IMG/VR virus record: IMGVR_UViG_3300020281_000049 | Location: 1-41,279 of that record | DNA length: 41,279 nucleotides | Direction: 5' to 3' (one strand) | Origin: a virus | Taxonomy: Duplodnaviria; Caudoviricetes | Shown: piece by piece, positions 27,001-35,953 of the stretch | Layout of the letters: each line of letters starts with the position of its first letter | Position numbering within the stretch: the first letter of the stretch is position 1 | The notes under the pieces: model-generated | What the model saw: only the letters and a program-made list of their open reading frames with translations | What the model was told of the DNA's origin: nothing | The model's database searches: none | Program-made: the position numbers and the translations under genes

Positions 27001-27583
27001 CTAGGCCCATACCTTTCCAAAACTGCGCCCCATAAGCATTGTCAAGAGCGTAGTTAAACTTTATTTCTTGTTCTTTTCTTTCTTTTAAAACGTGAGCTTC
27101 TAAATTAGAAATAGGCTCTGAAAATTTTAGTTGGCCATCAATACCATATACTTCGTTAGCTTCTTCTGGCTCTAATATTTTTACATCTGGGTTAGCATTA
27201 AAGAAATCTGGATACTTTTCTTTTAGTGCATCTGTAGTAATACCAATATTTTTAATCCCTGAACCTGGCTCTGGCATACCAGCATAAGGAGCTACACCCA
27301 TAAGTCCTGGTGTACCGCCCATTGGCATTGGCTGATATGACTGAGCATAAGCGCCGCTGTTTGCCCAATTGTCATATTCAGATCTTTCCTCAGCTGTAGC
27401 ACCGGCAAAAGATCTAATATTAGATATTTCACCTAGACGGTCTAATGAATTAAAACCTGTATAACGCCAGCCTCTATCTTTTGCTTGTTCCGTAACTGTA
27501 TCACCAGTAGCAGCAAGTAAATCCAAGCCCATTATATTTGTAAATTCTGGGTTATATGATTTATTATATTTTATAAAACTCAT
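24062..27583 (-). CDS. Internal virion protein carrying HipA/PI3K-like kinase and ADP-ribosyltransferase domains
   Basis: Hydrophobic ejection-protein N-terminus; kinase YYVK, KNE, GNWD, RIDPG; ART YT..Y..MN.WLR, VWRG, FLST, ESEVILP. Confidence 0.82.
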   Translation of the reverse strand: MSFIKYNKSYNPEFTNIMGLDLLAATGDTVTEQAKDRGWRYTGFNSLDRLGEISNIRSFAGATAEERSEYDNWANSGAYAQSYQPMPMGGTPGLMGVAPYAGMPEPGSGIKNIGITTDALKEKYPDFFNANPDVKILEPEEANEVYGIDGQLKFSEPISNLEAHVLKERKEQEIKFNYALDNAYGAQFWKGMGLELGMALVDPVSIPLFFIPPLGGARVVGALGLTGSKLGTRAVTGGMAGFYGSVAVEPLIYGAATQEQADYGLAQSFMNITFGTVLGGGLHVVGGSVVDGIKYVRSKRHGKAFNTAVRQAANGDSVEVSPIVHHGDDVQVKTPTNDPDAPAAPGSDANSPVQRVNQGDSDGPVVKGATAEYKPHANTTESLELVRAGEKAAPLSGVKLKNALAQSTEYQEAVEAATKAGAKNKIAFRIKNQNGDFILVRGEEGPLRLFDEEQIGSKAGDPLELGEKAHMSMLMHGVDMAASDIKYKASVKFDEGEITHLIDIDNAVFNPKMNQNNVVVAAPSEAVKLFSGDPKIIAFSDSMPSGKNAVDQAMTKFDEGEFLPENKSPQFDEQLLDTNLQQTGDQAGTQKGGFFTDAATGQQYYVKYPKDIQAAKNEFLAATLYRMFGVAFPEPKLVGNSNGEIVGIASKIVPGAKMITPDDFAKLPAEVKQQFADDLIVDMFLGNWDVVGNAPNFNIMQMPNGNVIRIDPGGALIFRAQGGTKNINEMAIDEIKSMLDPKKNPTTFKVFEATGLSQAEFIKKAQFAAARIFETDQSEINAIIDILDFTPENATKLKSLITNRRQALTEYSTDFLRTQQATSTKKGTIVANSLSSAKKALTKMNDAQETKLTVQEGKILKNYTGSSYAWMNNWLRGKMSPNEAHGYAKMVGKYVGIDEPTPAQTKEVLNKYTGILDAAIKKNTLPQEISVWRGGTPYTALNGVNGLSLKGNPATDAGTAKMMIGGQFKLSGFLSTGLYRGKAFSFGSSSDVKLKINLKKGMPALYAGENKHWSFGKSESEVILPHDTTFVVKSVVNTNKGSFVEVDAMLPGEKLPAKVPMQQSIQIAKKYNANKSNSTADIDDADIDLQTNPNQTKETLLPNVSKDMAEQEQAINDLVEQINAEMPNMDPKYIKAVTKELDNINKEADDAVAQVNDIYEAAKAAAVCVRGAA

Positions 27584-30099
27584 TGACCGCTCACAACTCC
27601 AGATTTACCTTGTGCTGCTTTCTTTTTCATATCGGTTATCTCAGCTTCAGATAAACCGCCCATCCATTCAAACATATTACTAGACCACCAACCAGGAGGT
27701 CTAGTGTAGTTGAGATCTGCAAATGATACTTCAACAAATAAATTATTACCACTAGAATCTGTTTGATGTAGTTGCACAGGTACAAGCAAACCACCACCAT
27801 CGGATGCTGCAGCACCACCTGCCAAAGCAGGATAAGTAAGCATTAGCCCGTCGCCAGTATCATTCATAACCCATCGGCCGTTAGCAATAAGATAATCTGC
27901 AAAATAGCCTGAAGCAAAAGCCTGATCAGCATTAACTTGTGGTATTAAGGATGGCGGTACCTTTATACCGCGATCAACAATCATCTGCATGACTGTTTCT
28001 TTATCATTAATTATATCTGTTAAATTATCATTAACGACAGTAGCATTTATCTTTTCGCCATTATTGCCTACATGTTGCGGTAGCACATAAAAAGCAGCAT
28101 CTTCATTATTAACAAACTGTATTTGAGTTTCTAAAGTTTTCTTAACTATATTAGCTGCCTTAGTAACATCTGTCTTACCGCCACTTTTTTGTATTTCCAT
28201 CATAACAGCCGTTGTAATTAAGTCTCGCATATCTTGCCCGGCATCTTCCCTGCCAAACATGCCACCATGAAATGTATGCAGCAGCTCGCCCATAGTACCT
28301 TGAACTGCTTCATTAATTTTTTGCATTTTAAAACCAGCGCCATAAGACTCAACTGTCTTTTTTAATTGATCATTATCTACAGCAAAGGCAGCTGCTAACA
28401 TTGGACCAGCATTTGATTTACTAAAGGCACCTATTAGCATCCATTCATTACCTAGACCGCCTTTCATCGTAGTCAATTGACTCCAGACTCTATCAAAATG
28501 CTCGCCATAATCTTGTTCTAACTGGCCATAAGCAACCATCATCATATCAGGATTAGTCATACTTTTAAGATTAGCAACAATTTTTGCAGCATCTCTATTT
28601 GGCAGCAAGCTAGGATTTTTAATTCCTAACTGATCAGCGTAAGCAATGATTGCATCCCGCTTTTCAAAGGGATCTTCAATAGATTGTATTGGATCATGGT
28701 TGTATGCATACTCGCCAAAGTCTGACGATCTTAATTCAAGCACACTATTCATGTGCGTCAAAACGCCAGAAGTAAATGTCTGTAATTCAACAGGGTTCAT
28801 CTTAGTAAGATCTACTACTTCATCACCAATATTTTGTAATATCAAGTTTTGTACATCACTTGCCTTCATGTTTGTTATATCTTTATTTTTAACAAGATCG
28901 GCAAGATCTCTGGATGCAGTTATAATTTCATCAGTAGTAAGATAAGTACTGCCATTGACAAACTGCCCAACTGCTCTTGCTACTTTAATTTTACTAGCAG
29001 CAGCTTTTAAATCTATCTCATAAGCATCGTAAAGTTCAGGTAGCATCTGCAACTTGATTGCACCATAAGGACCGCCGTATGTACCGATAAAAGCATTCTC
29101 TAAACCATTCGGTTTATTAAAGGCCTCTATACCATCGCCACCTGCTGCCAAACTGGCTACGTGATTGCTAACAGAATTATTTAAGTCATTAAGTTCTTTT
29201 TTACCAACAACCATAGCTTGTATTTTAGCTTTGGACATCAGTTGTTCTTTAATTCCTGGTTTTAAAATTCCTAAATGTTTAGCAAGATCATGATCAAAAT
29301 TTTTGCCGCGTTTACCTTGTAGCAAGGCATAAGCTAAAAAGGCATCCTCCCTGATTAAACCAATAGTAGCGTTATACACTAGGTCTTGTTGAGCTGCACG
29401 TGAGACACCAATCAAGTGTTCTGCTTTAATACCACCTTCTATGTTTTTAGTTTTAGGATCATCTTCAACCTCGGCCAAAGTTTTTATACTCATCATTGAT
29501 ATATCAATGAGCTCTGGATTTTTTAAGACTTGATTATTATACTTGTCAAATGACTGTGTAAGTTTGTCTAGTTTAGCTTTAGACCTTAAGTCAGCTTCAT
29601 AGCCCATAGCTTGATTTGCATAGGCTCCTTTAAGCTGTACTTTTTGCTGTTCCCACAATTGAGCAGTATATTCGTTTGGTGCTTTATATCTTGATGACTC
29701 GCTGCCATCAGGACCCTTTTCAGTTTTATTGATAATACCATCAAAACCATTTTTAATCTGGTTAGTATATGTATTTTGATTGCTGCCATCTTGAAAGGAA
29801 TCGTTTGCCAAGTAATCATCTGGCTTTTGTTTTAATTTTGTATCTTCGATTAACGCAGTCATTTCTTCTCTTAGATCTGCTTCTGCTGATACAACCCACA
29901 TCTTAGCTTCTTTTTTAGCTTGATCTATTTCATAGTTAGCAATGCTTGTGCCTGCAGACACCGCGCCCTTACCCATGTTAGCCATAGCTCTACCAGGAGC
30001 AGCAAGCTGTTGTATAGCACCACCGCTCATAGGAGTTAGCCTACGTGTAGGTAAACTTACTTCACCACCTTGATCTGAATATTTAGGGACCTGTACCAT
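27580..30099 (-). CDS. Internal virion protein (T7 gp15-position)
   Basis: 839 aa helical ORF between the gp14-like gene and the large ejection proteins. Confidence 0.7.
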   Translation of the reverse strand: MVQVPKYSDQGGEVSLPTRRLTPMSGGAIQQLAAPGRAMANMGKGAVSAGTSIANYEIDQAKKEAKMWVVSAEADLREEMTALIEDTKLKQKPDDYLANDSFQDGSNQNTYTNQIKNGFDGIINKTEKGPDGSESSRYKAPNEYTAQLWEQQKVQLKGAYANQAMGYEADLRSKAKLDKLTQSFDKYNNQVLKNPELIDISMMSIKTLAEVEDDPKTKNIEGGIKAEHLIGVSRAAQQDLVYNATIGLIREDAFLAYALLQGKRGKNFDHDLAKHLGILKPGIKEQLMSKAKIQAMVVGKKELNDLNNSVSNHVASLAAGGDGIEAFNKPNGLENAFIGTYGGPYGAIKLQMLPELYDAYEIDLKAAASKIKVARAVGQFVNGSTYLTTDEIITASRDLADLVKNKDITNMKASDVQNLILQNIGDEVVDLTKMNPVELQTFTSGVLTHMNSVLELRSSDFGEYAYNHDPIQSIEDPFEKRDAIIAYADQLGIKNPSLLPNRDAAKIVANLKSMTNPDMMMVAYGQLEQDYGEHFDRVWSQLTTMKGGLGNEWMLIGAFSKSNAGPMLAAAFAVDNDQLKKTVESYGAGFKMQKINEAVQGTMGELLHTFHGGMFGREDAGQDMRDLITTAVMMEIQKSGGKTDVTKAANIVKKTLETQIQFVNNEDAAFYVLPQHVGNNGEKINATVVNDNLTDIINDKETVMQMIVDRGIKVPPSLIPQVNADQAFASGYFADYLIANGRWVMNDTGDGLMLTYPALAGGAAASDGGGLLVPVQLHQTDSSGNNLFVEVSFADLNYTRPPGWWSSNMFEWMGGLSEAEITDMKKKAAQGKSGVVSGQ

Positions 30100-30579
30100 T
30101 TATGTTAATCCTAACGCTTTACCTTGTGAGTGTGTAGTATACGTCTGACCACCGCCTGCTAACAAGGTTCCAGCAGCATTATACATACCAGCTTTATATG
30201 CAGCTTTACCTTGCATTCTAGACAAGGCTGCTTGCGAGCGCTGATTAACGGCTTCTACGCTACCGCCATATAATATTGCCATTTTATCCATTTCACCCTC
30301 CGTCATTGTTTGGCGTAAAGTATCAAGCGCTGTACCTGTACCAGATACAAAACCAGATCCTGCATAAGCAACACGTTGTGCTGCCAGCATTTTACGCGTT
30401 CTAGCTTCTTGACGACGAGCTTCGTATTCGGCCTGATCTTTAGCTATCTGAGCATTACGCTCTTGTATCTGAGCATTATAATCATAAGCGCGTTTCTGCG
30501 CCTTGCCTGCTTGATACTGGCCATAGGCTGAAACTGCGGTACCAACCGCCATCATAGCTACTGCAACTTCAAACCCCAT
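30100..30579 (-). CDS. Internal virion protein B (T7 gp14-like)
   Basis: Ala/Gly/Gln-rich, hydrophobic N-terminus, QR.AYAGSG motif. Confidence 0.8.
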   Translation of the reverse strand: MGFEVAVAMMAVGTAVSAYGQYQAGKAQKRAYDYNAQIQERNAQIAKDQAEYEARRQEARTRKMLAAQRVAYAGSGFVSGTGTALDTLRQTMTEGEMDKMAILYGGSVEAVNQRSQAALSRMQGKAAYKAGMYNAAGTLLAGGGQTYTTHSQGKALGLT

Positions 30580-30989
30580 TAATACACCTTTGCATATCTA
30601 TAATGATCGCGTCCATCTGGCCCAAACGCTTTCATCACGCCTTCATTAACATACCCCTGCCACTCTAACCAACGCTGCCAGACACAGTTAGCGGTAGGCA
30701 CTGTTGTTTGGGCACGCCTTGGCTTAAAGTTATCAACAAGAAATTTTTCTTGCTGCTTAATTAACTTTATACACTGCAATTTGCGGTTTTGAAACTTTTT
30801 ACTTACAAATAAGAATGTTTCATAATTTCCTGGCCATATAGGTATCGCCCCAAATATGGCATAAAAATGACCGTCTTCAGTCAGAGTAAAAGCCACAGCT
30901 TGCTTTTCCCAATTTACTCCATCCCTAAATACAGGATATTCAGGTACTAAAAAATCTAAATGCCAGTTTTCGAATGGTACAACTATCAT
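30579..30989 (-). CDS. GNAT-like / T7 gp13-position protein
   Basis: ATG30989 in ATGA overlap with tail tube B; RWLEWQGY.NEG.M..FGPDG.D motif. Confidence 0.7.
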   Translation of the reverse strand: MIVVPFENWHLDFLVPEYPVFRDGVNWEKQAVAFTLTEDGHFYAIFGAIPIWPGNYETFLFVSKKFQNRKLQCIKLIKQQEKFLVDNFKPRRAQTTVPTANCVWQRWLEWQGYVNEGVMKAFGPDGRDHYRYAKVY

Positions 30990-33046
30990 CGTTCTGACAC
31001 CACCAATGCATACATGATAGCCAAAACTGTACAAGGTAATGGATCGTCATGCACAAAATATAAATCAAACTGTCGATCAGGGGTATGAGCTAACAATAAC
31101 CTTTTATCACCAGTAAATAGTTCTAATGAACCCATAGGTATAGATGGCGTACGAAAAGGTATCTCTTGTAGATTATTAAGTGATGGCCCTATTTTAAGTG
31201 TATAAGTATCTACCACCCTGGCTGTAATTCTTTCAATACGTCTAGTCTTACCTTGTGACGGGCCTGTTTCTGTTTGTACTTCAGGATCTAGCGTACGCAT
31301 CAACGCTCTATATGATAAGCCTACATGTACAGTATTAGCAGATCTTTCTAATGTTACTGCGCCGCCACTAACTGTCTTATTAGGATGGTTAGCACCATCA
31401 GCTAATATCCTAACGCTTTCACCTTCTAAGTGATCTAAACCAGAGACAGAAGTAACAGCCGTTGTAGGATCATCATAGGTCAGCCCACTATCAACAAAGA
31501 AGGCATCTTTAGGAACGTCTCCTTTGGCCTGGTCAAATGCTTTTTCTAAAAATTCTACATACTGCTTTGTCGCACCGCCTATATTTCTTTCAACAATCAT
31601 ATATAATTGTTCTTCTAATTCATCTGCTGACGGTATGGCTGCAATACTTTTTACTTTGGCAGGACCACCAGTTGTAGCACCTAGTATGTGTCTATGCCAA
31701 GCTACAACGTCTTGTGCTCTCTCGTATGTCAAGCACCTTAATTCACCTGTATCTAGTAATGTCCATATTAAACTATCAGGTGAACGAGTATAAGCTAACT
31801 CCTTGGCGTTACCGGTAGTAATATGTTCAGCAATAAGAGTAAGATCAGGAGTACTAAAGCCGTCCACCTCGAGATTATAAGCGAGTTCTCTGATCTTCGT
31901 TCTGGTTCGATCAATAAAAATAGTGGCCCTAGAAGCACCAATAGGACGCAGATTAGCAGTACCATCCGTTGTCTCCCTGTTAACTGTTACGTTGTTGGGA
32001 GTCAGCGCAAGGTTATCACTACCAGACGATACAACAAAAGGCCCGTCAGATGTACCAAGGAGTAGCTGCTTGGCTCCATACATCCAACGTATTGCATTCA
32101 CTTGATCAGTAGCTAAGGTAAGATCAAGACCGGAGTCATCTAGCACCTCTGCGTCTCTATTAGTGGGGGAGAAAGTCTCAAAGTTACCTGACTCTGATGC
32201 CCACAGAGTATTTGGAGTTGTTATATTATTTGCAAAAAATAATCGTTGTTGATAAAAAGTAGCAGTAGTAGGCCAGCCAGTAGTATCTGACCATATACCT
32301 AAGCGCCAGTTATCAGTACCAGTAGTATCACCAAAAGAAAAATCAGGCCAAGTAGTGGCAGTAACAGATGTCGTACTGTTAACCGCTGTGATGTATGCTG
32401 CTCCCCATTTGCCCGACCTAAGTATCCTAATACCACGCCCCACATCTGTCGCTAAAAATCCTTGTCCTGAGTTAATGCCAGTTACAGCTGATGCTGTAAT
32501 CGTAACACTACCTGACGTAGCAGAAGCAGTCAATGTAGTGCTTGTAGTATTTATTTCACCCCATGGTCCATCAATGGCGTCAAATAAACTAAATGAAAAA
32601 GCTGTATGACCAGTACGACTTAATTTACGTGTTTGATAATTAGGATGCGTTAAATATAAAATATCTGCTGATTGCGTAAATTTAATTTCATCTAAGTCAT
32701 CTTCACCATAAGGACTAGCTATTTCATAAGCACCTGTACCAGGTGATGGTACTTGTATTTGTCCCTCATTACGATAAAATCTTACATAGTTATGGCCAAA
32801 CTCTAAAACATAAGCCTGTACCGTACTAAAGATAAATGGTATCAAACGTACTTTTTTACTGCTGTCTTTTACCTCAGCAATAAATCTTGTACCAGATCGT
32901 TTAGTGATACCGCCATGAGGGAAACAAATAAAGTTTTCACAACGCTGCACAGAGCTTGTGTACTTAGTCAAATCAACACGACCAAGCAGTCTAGGACTAA
33001 TTTCACCGCCCGTAAAATTTGTTTGTATCGGCGTGACTTTAGCCAT
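30986..33046 (-). CDS. Tail tubular protein B (nozzle)
   Basis: QTNFTGGEISP.L.GRVD, QSAD, FYQQRL, AWHRH, GL.HLEGE.V. Confidence 0.9.
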   Translation of the reverse strand: MAKVTPIQTNFTGGEISPRLLGRVDLTKYTSSVQRCENFICFPHGGITKRSGTRFIAEVKDSSKKVRLIPFIFSTVQAYVLEFGHNYVRFYRNEGQIQVPSPGTGAYEIASPYGEDDLDEIKFTQSADILYLTHPNYQTRKLSRTGHTAFSFSLFDAIDGPWGEINTTSTTLTASATSGSVTITASAVTGINSGQGFLATDVGRGIRILRSGKWGAAYITAVNSTTSVTATTWPDFSFGDTTGTDNWRLGIWSDTTGWPTTATFYQQRLFFANNITTPNTLWASESGNFETFSPTNRDAEVLDDSGLDLTLATDQVNAIRWMYGAKQLLLGTSDGPFVVSSGSDNLALTPNNVTVNRETTDGTANLRPIGASRATIFIDRTRTKIRELAYNLEVDGFSTPDLTLIAEHITTGNAKELAYTRSPDSLIWTLLDTGELRCLTYERAQDVVAWHRHILGATTGGPAKVKSIAAIPSADELEEQLYMIVERNIGGATKQYVEFLEKAFDQAKGDVPKDAFFVDSGLTYDDPTTAVTSVSGLDHLEGESVRILADGANHPNKTVSGGAVTLERSANTVHVGLSYRALMRTLDPEVQTETGPSQGKTRRIERITARVVDTYTLKIGPSLNNLQEIPFRTPSIPMGSLELFTGDKRLLLAHTPDRQFDLYFVHDDPLPCTVLAIMYALVVSER

Positions 33047-33048
33047 GT

Positions 33049-33648
33049 CTACCTCGGTGGAGTGTTAATATTAGGTCTAATTACCCCTTGTCGTGATTCA
33101 AGCCAGTAGTCAGCATCTAGCACGTCTTGTTGTTGCTCTTGTGCATCTACAAACTTAGCTTCTCTTAATTTAAGTTCGTACATCTGGAACATCTGTTCCA
33201 TGGCAGATGTACTTTGCAGCAACGGTTGAGCTAGATCAGCAGCGACTCTTGCAGCCAATGTATCAACTAATAGCGTGTCATATAAAGTTACGTCTGTAAC
33301 TAGGGACGTATACTTAATATTCATTTGCCCTTCGTCAGATAATATATGCCGCCTTTCTAATTGAAACACTGTTTGTGTCGGATCTTCTACTTCTAATAGC
33401 CTTAGAAAATCAGCAGGTAATACAAACCTGTTTGCATATCCATAAACCGGTGGAGTTACATCTTTAGGTAAAGCTGCTCGTTTTGTCAAGCAGTTCCAAG
33501 GATGCCCCCTAAATACAGCTGCACGCGTATCATCAAATAATACACGAGCTACTGATGCCTGTTTACTGTTATCAGATAGTGAGGTGATCGACTCAATACC
33601 TAATAGTGCTAGGCTTCGGTTTATAATTTCTATGTCAGATGCTGCCAT
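33049..33648 (-). CDS. Tail tubular protein A (adaptor)
   Basis: I.N.SL.LLG...I.SL, HPWN, LP.DFLR. Confidence 0.88.
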   Translation of the reverse strand: MAASDIEIINRSLALLGIESITSLSDNSKQASVARVLFDDTRAAVFRGHPWNCLTKRAALPKDVTPPVYGYANRFVLPADFLRLLEVEDPTQTVFQLERRHILSDEGQMNIKYTSLVTDVTLYDTLLVDTLAARVAADLAQPLLQSTSAMEQMFQMYELKLREAKFVDAQEQQQDVLDADYWLESRQGVIRPNINTPPR

Positions 33649-33655
33649 GATAGGT

Positions 33656-33690
33656 TTGAGGGGAGGTGTTCGGAATTAACCTCCCCTCAA
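33656..33690 (-). terminator. Hairpin downstream of the capsid/decoration genes (no U-tract)
   Basis: 12-bp inverted repeat TTGAGGGGAGGT / ACCTCCCCTCAA. Confidence 0.6.
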
Positions 33691-33695
33691 TCTCC

Positions 33696-34148
33696 TTAGT
33701 CGATGACGTAACAGACGTAGCCGTTTAACGTTGCTGCATCAGGTATAGTACCATCGTTGATCTGTGCAGCCAATACAAAACCGTCTTTGGTTGTGATTTG
33801 GCTGTTGATCTGAATGGTCGTAGTACCTGCAGTAGCAACTGCGGTATCTGCACTAAATGCATCAGGGTCAGCGGCAATCGCATTACCATCAGCATCATTA
33901 GCACCTAAATGACCCAGGTCCATAGTTCTGGACGAACCGAGAGCACTATTTGTCACAACGGCATACAGGACCCTCATAGCCCCTGCTTCCATTTGAGCAA
34001 GTAATGCTTGATCACCGGCTGTACCAGCACCAGATTGAGTGAAGTCAAACGCTTTAACTCGAACCCTACCACGATCTTCGTGAGTAGCATTCATCACTCG
34101 AGGAGTGGCCTGAGTATTAGCGTACTGAGTTGAGTTTTGTGTAGCCAT
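33696..34148 (-). CDS. Probable capsid decoration / cement protein
   Basis: 150 aa beta-rich ORF directly after the major capsid gene, with AAGGAGGA RBS. Confidence 0.65.
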   Translation of the reverse strand: MATQNSTQYANTQATPRVMNATHEDRGRVRVKAFDFTQSGAGTAGDQALLAQMEAGAMRVLYAVVTNSALGSSRTMDLGHLGANDADGNAIAADPDAFSADTAVATAGTTTIQINSQITTKDGFVLAAQINDGTIPDAATLNGYVCYVID

Positions 34149-34159
34149 ATCAGTCCTCC

Positions 34160-35047
34160 TTAGCTCTCATCGCACTTGATTTCAAGTACTTTCTGTTCTT
34201 CCATTCGGACAGCGCCGAAAGAAGCTGAGCAATAAACCTGAGTACTATTTCTCTTATCACGTCTAGGACCAATGTCTACGTTGACATCTTGTCCTACGGC
34301 CATTAGCAATCCTGATTTACAGTATGCCAAAACCCTACGATGAGAGTTAGCGTCAGTGTTTACGAGTTCAGTGCGTATAAACTCGAAACCCATGAAAGTG
34401 TTAACATCGCCTTGGACCAGCGCTTTAACTGAGTTAAAATCAGCACTAGTTACCTCAGTTGTTTGCAATAGATCAGTGATCTGCTTTGCAGTACAAATAA
34501 CGTACCTAGGATCTGATGGATCAGTCTCAGCCGCATCAAGCGACTCTTTAGCTGCCCTTAGCTTACCAATGGTTAGACCAGAGTTTGCAGCTGCACCACT
34601 CTCTACATAGTTAACAGCAATTTGCTGTGCTGCAGGGAATGTCACAGTTGTTGCGCCAGTCTTACCTGTTTGGACTCCACCGAATGCAGCCTCAAGAATG
34701 ATCTCGTCCATCTTACGACCTAGCGCAAAGGATGCGTTTTGGCTGTATGGTGAAGTAGGATCAATCAACATTCTGATTCGATCTTGTCTATCAATCAACT
34801 CTGCCCAGTCAAAGTCACGCAATGAGACTCTACGTCTGTCATGCGGTACGTTGATAAGCGGAGTATCTTGGTGACGTCCAGTAACCTCTTGTGCAGAAGT
34901 CGCGCCAATTCTGTCATAAAAGTCAAACTCAGCTGACTGAGTCTCGACCCTCACGTACGGACGTAGGCGGGAGCCTTTCTGCTGCAGGAGGTGCTCGACG
35001 TTTGCTTTGTACTGCTGTACAAAGGCTGTCGTGATTTGAAAGCTCAT
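34160..35047 (-). CDS. Major capsid protein
   Basis: MS.QITTAFVQQY..NV..LLQQKGSRL, GRKMD, ALVQG.VNTFMGFEF; AAAGGAGG RBS. Confidence 0.9.
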   Translation of the reverse strand: MSFQITTAFVQQYKANVEHLLQQKGSRLRPYVRVETQSAEFDFYDRIGATSAQEVTGRHQDTPLINVPHDRRRVSLRDFDWAELIDRQDRIRMLIDPTSPYSQNASFALGRKMDEIILEAAFGGVQTGKTGATTVTFPAAQQIAVNYVESGAAANSGLTIGKLRAAKESLDAAETDPSDPRYVICTAKQITDLLQTTEVTSADFNSVKALVQGDVNTFMGFEFIRTELVNTDANSHRRVLAYCKSGLLMAVGQDVNVDIGPRRDKRNSTQVYCSASFGAVRMEEQKVLEIKCDES

Positions 35048-35085
35048 AGCTTTCCTCCTTTCAACATATTTACATTAATCGCTTC

Positions 35086-35189
35086 GGCTGCCCTTGCGGA
35101 CCTCTGCTTGCCGTTTTAAGTCGTGGCATGCTCTGACTTCGGACGGTAAAACCGCTACCCGATATTACTCTAACGCATTTTTGGCGTTA
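35086..35189 (-). ncRNA. Candidate structured cis-regulatory RNA leader of the capsid gene
   Basis: Two bulged hairpins sharing a GUCC/GGGYAGC motif flank a possible pseudoknot; folded by eye only. Confidence 0.45.
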
Positions 35190-35195
35190 AGTAAA

Positions 35196-35540
35196 CTATC
35201 CTCCGAGTTTTGTGCCTGTAGTTTTGCCCGCTGCACGGCGAACAATACCTTGAGCATCAGCCCCAGAATAACCTGCAAATTCAGCACCCCTAATCGCTGC
35301 TTCAGGATCAGTGACACCTCTACCTCTAGCTTGATTAGCAACCCGTTTTACAACAGGATCTTTCTTGCCAACCTTTTTAATCATAGCATCAGCGGCGTCT
35401 AAATAGCTAGATGGTATAGCTAGACGCTCTGCCAGACGCTTCTGGTATTCGTTATATTTCTTTTGAGTACTTGACGTACGACCCATTTTAGTCTTACGAA
35501 ACTCGTCGTCTAAATACCCTATCTTAATAGTCTTTGCCAT
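35196..35540 (-). CDS. Small basic hypothetical protein
   Basis: 114 aa, Lys/Arg/Gly-rich, TAATG coupling. Confidence 0.75.
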   Translation of the reverse strand: MAKTIKIGYLDDEFRKTKMGRTSSTQKKYNEYQKRLAERLAIPSSYLDAADAMIKKVGKKDPVVKRVANQARGRGVTDPEAAIRGAEFAGYSGADAQGIVRRAAGKTTGTKLGG

Positions 35541-35740
35541 TATGTTTTCTTCGTTTTTGATTTATATTGAGCTAATAGTTTATCACCCATACCCATAGAT
35601 TTACCAGCTCCAAAGAAAGTATTATCGCCAAAGGCTTTAATAAAACGTTCTTTTTGAGTCTGAGAAGGGCCGGTACCTTGAGTCATCTTAGTCTTACCGG
35701 CTTTCTTTTTCTTAGAAACATTGACATCAACTTGGCTCAT
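35540..35740 (-). CDS. Small basic hypothetical protein
   Basis: 66 aa, Lys-rich, coupled to both neighbours. Confidence 0.7.
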   Translation of the reverse strand: MSQVDVNVSKKKKAGKTKMTQGTGPSQTQKERFIKAFGDNTFFGAGKSMGMGDKLLAQYKSKTKKT

Positions 35741-35793
35741 TTCTTTTTGCCGCCCTTGCCTTTGCCTTTGCCGTAGCCTTTACCTTTTGGCAT
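35737..35793 (-). CDS. 18-aa Lys/Gly micro-peptide MPKGKGYGKGKGKGGKKK
   Basis: AAGGAGGT RBS and ATGA overlap with the downstream gene. Confidence 0.65.
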   Translation of the reverse strand: MPKGKGYGKGKGKGGKKK

Positions 35794-35803
35794 ATTTACC
35801 TCC

Positions 35804-35953
35804 TTATGCTTTTTTAGTTTGTGAACGTTTCAAATCAGCTTCAGTCGGGGCCCCTTTAGACCCCGGCTTCCGCATTTTCTCACCAGAACCGGCCTTTATT
35901 CTTTTACGCTTAGCGTGTATATTAGCCCAAAGGCCCATTTTAGTTTTTCCCAT
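35804..35953 (-). CDS. 49-aa basic protein (GLWANIHAKRKRIKAGSGEKMRKPGSKGAPT)
   Basis: ATG immediately follows the scaffold stop codon; absent from the ORF track because of its length. Confidence 0.8.
   Translation of the reverse strand: MGKTKMGLWANIHAKRKRIKAGSGEKMRKPGSKGAPTEADLKRSQTKKA

Noticed and set aside
34140-34200. T7-style programmed frameshift extending the capsid protein
   Set aside because: No slippery heptamer is evident near the stop, and the next gene has its own strong RBS
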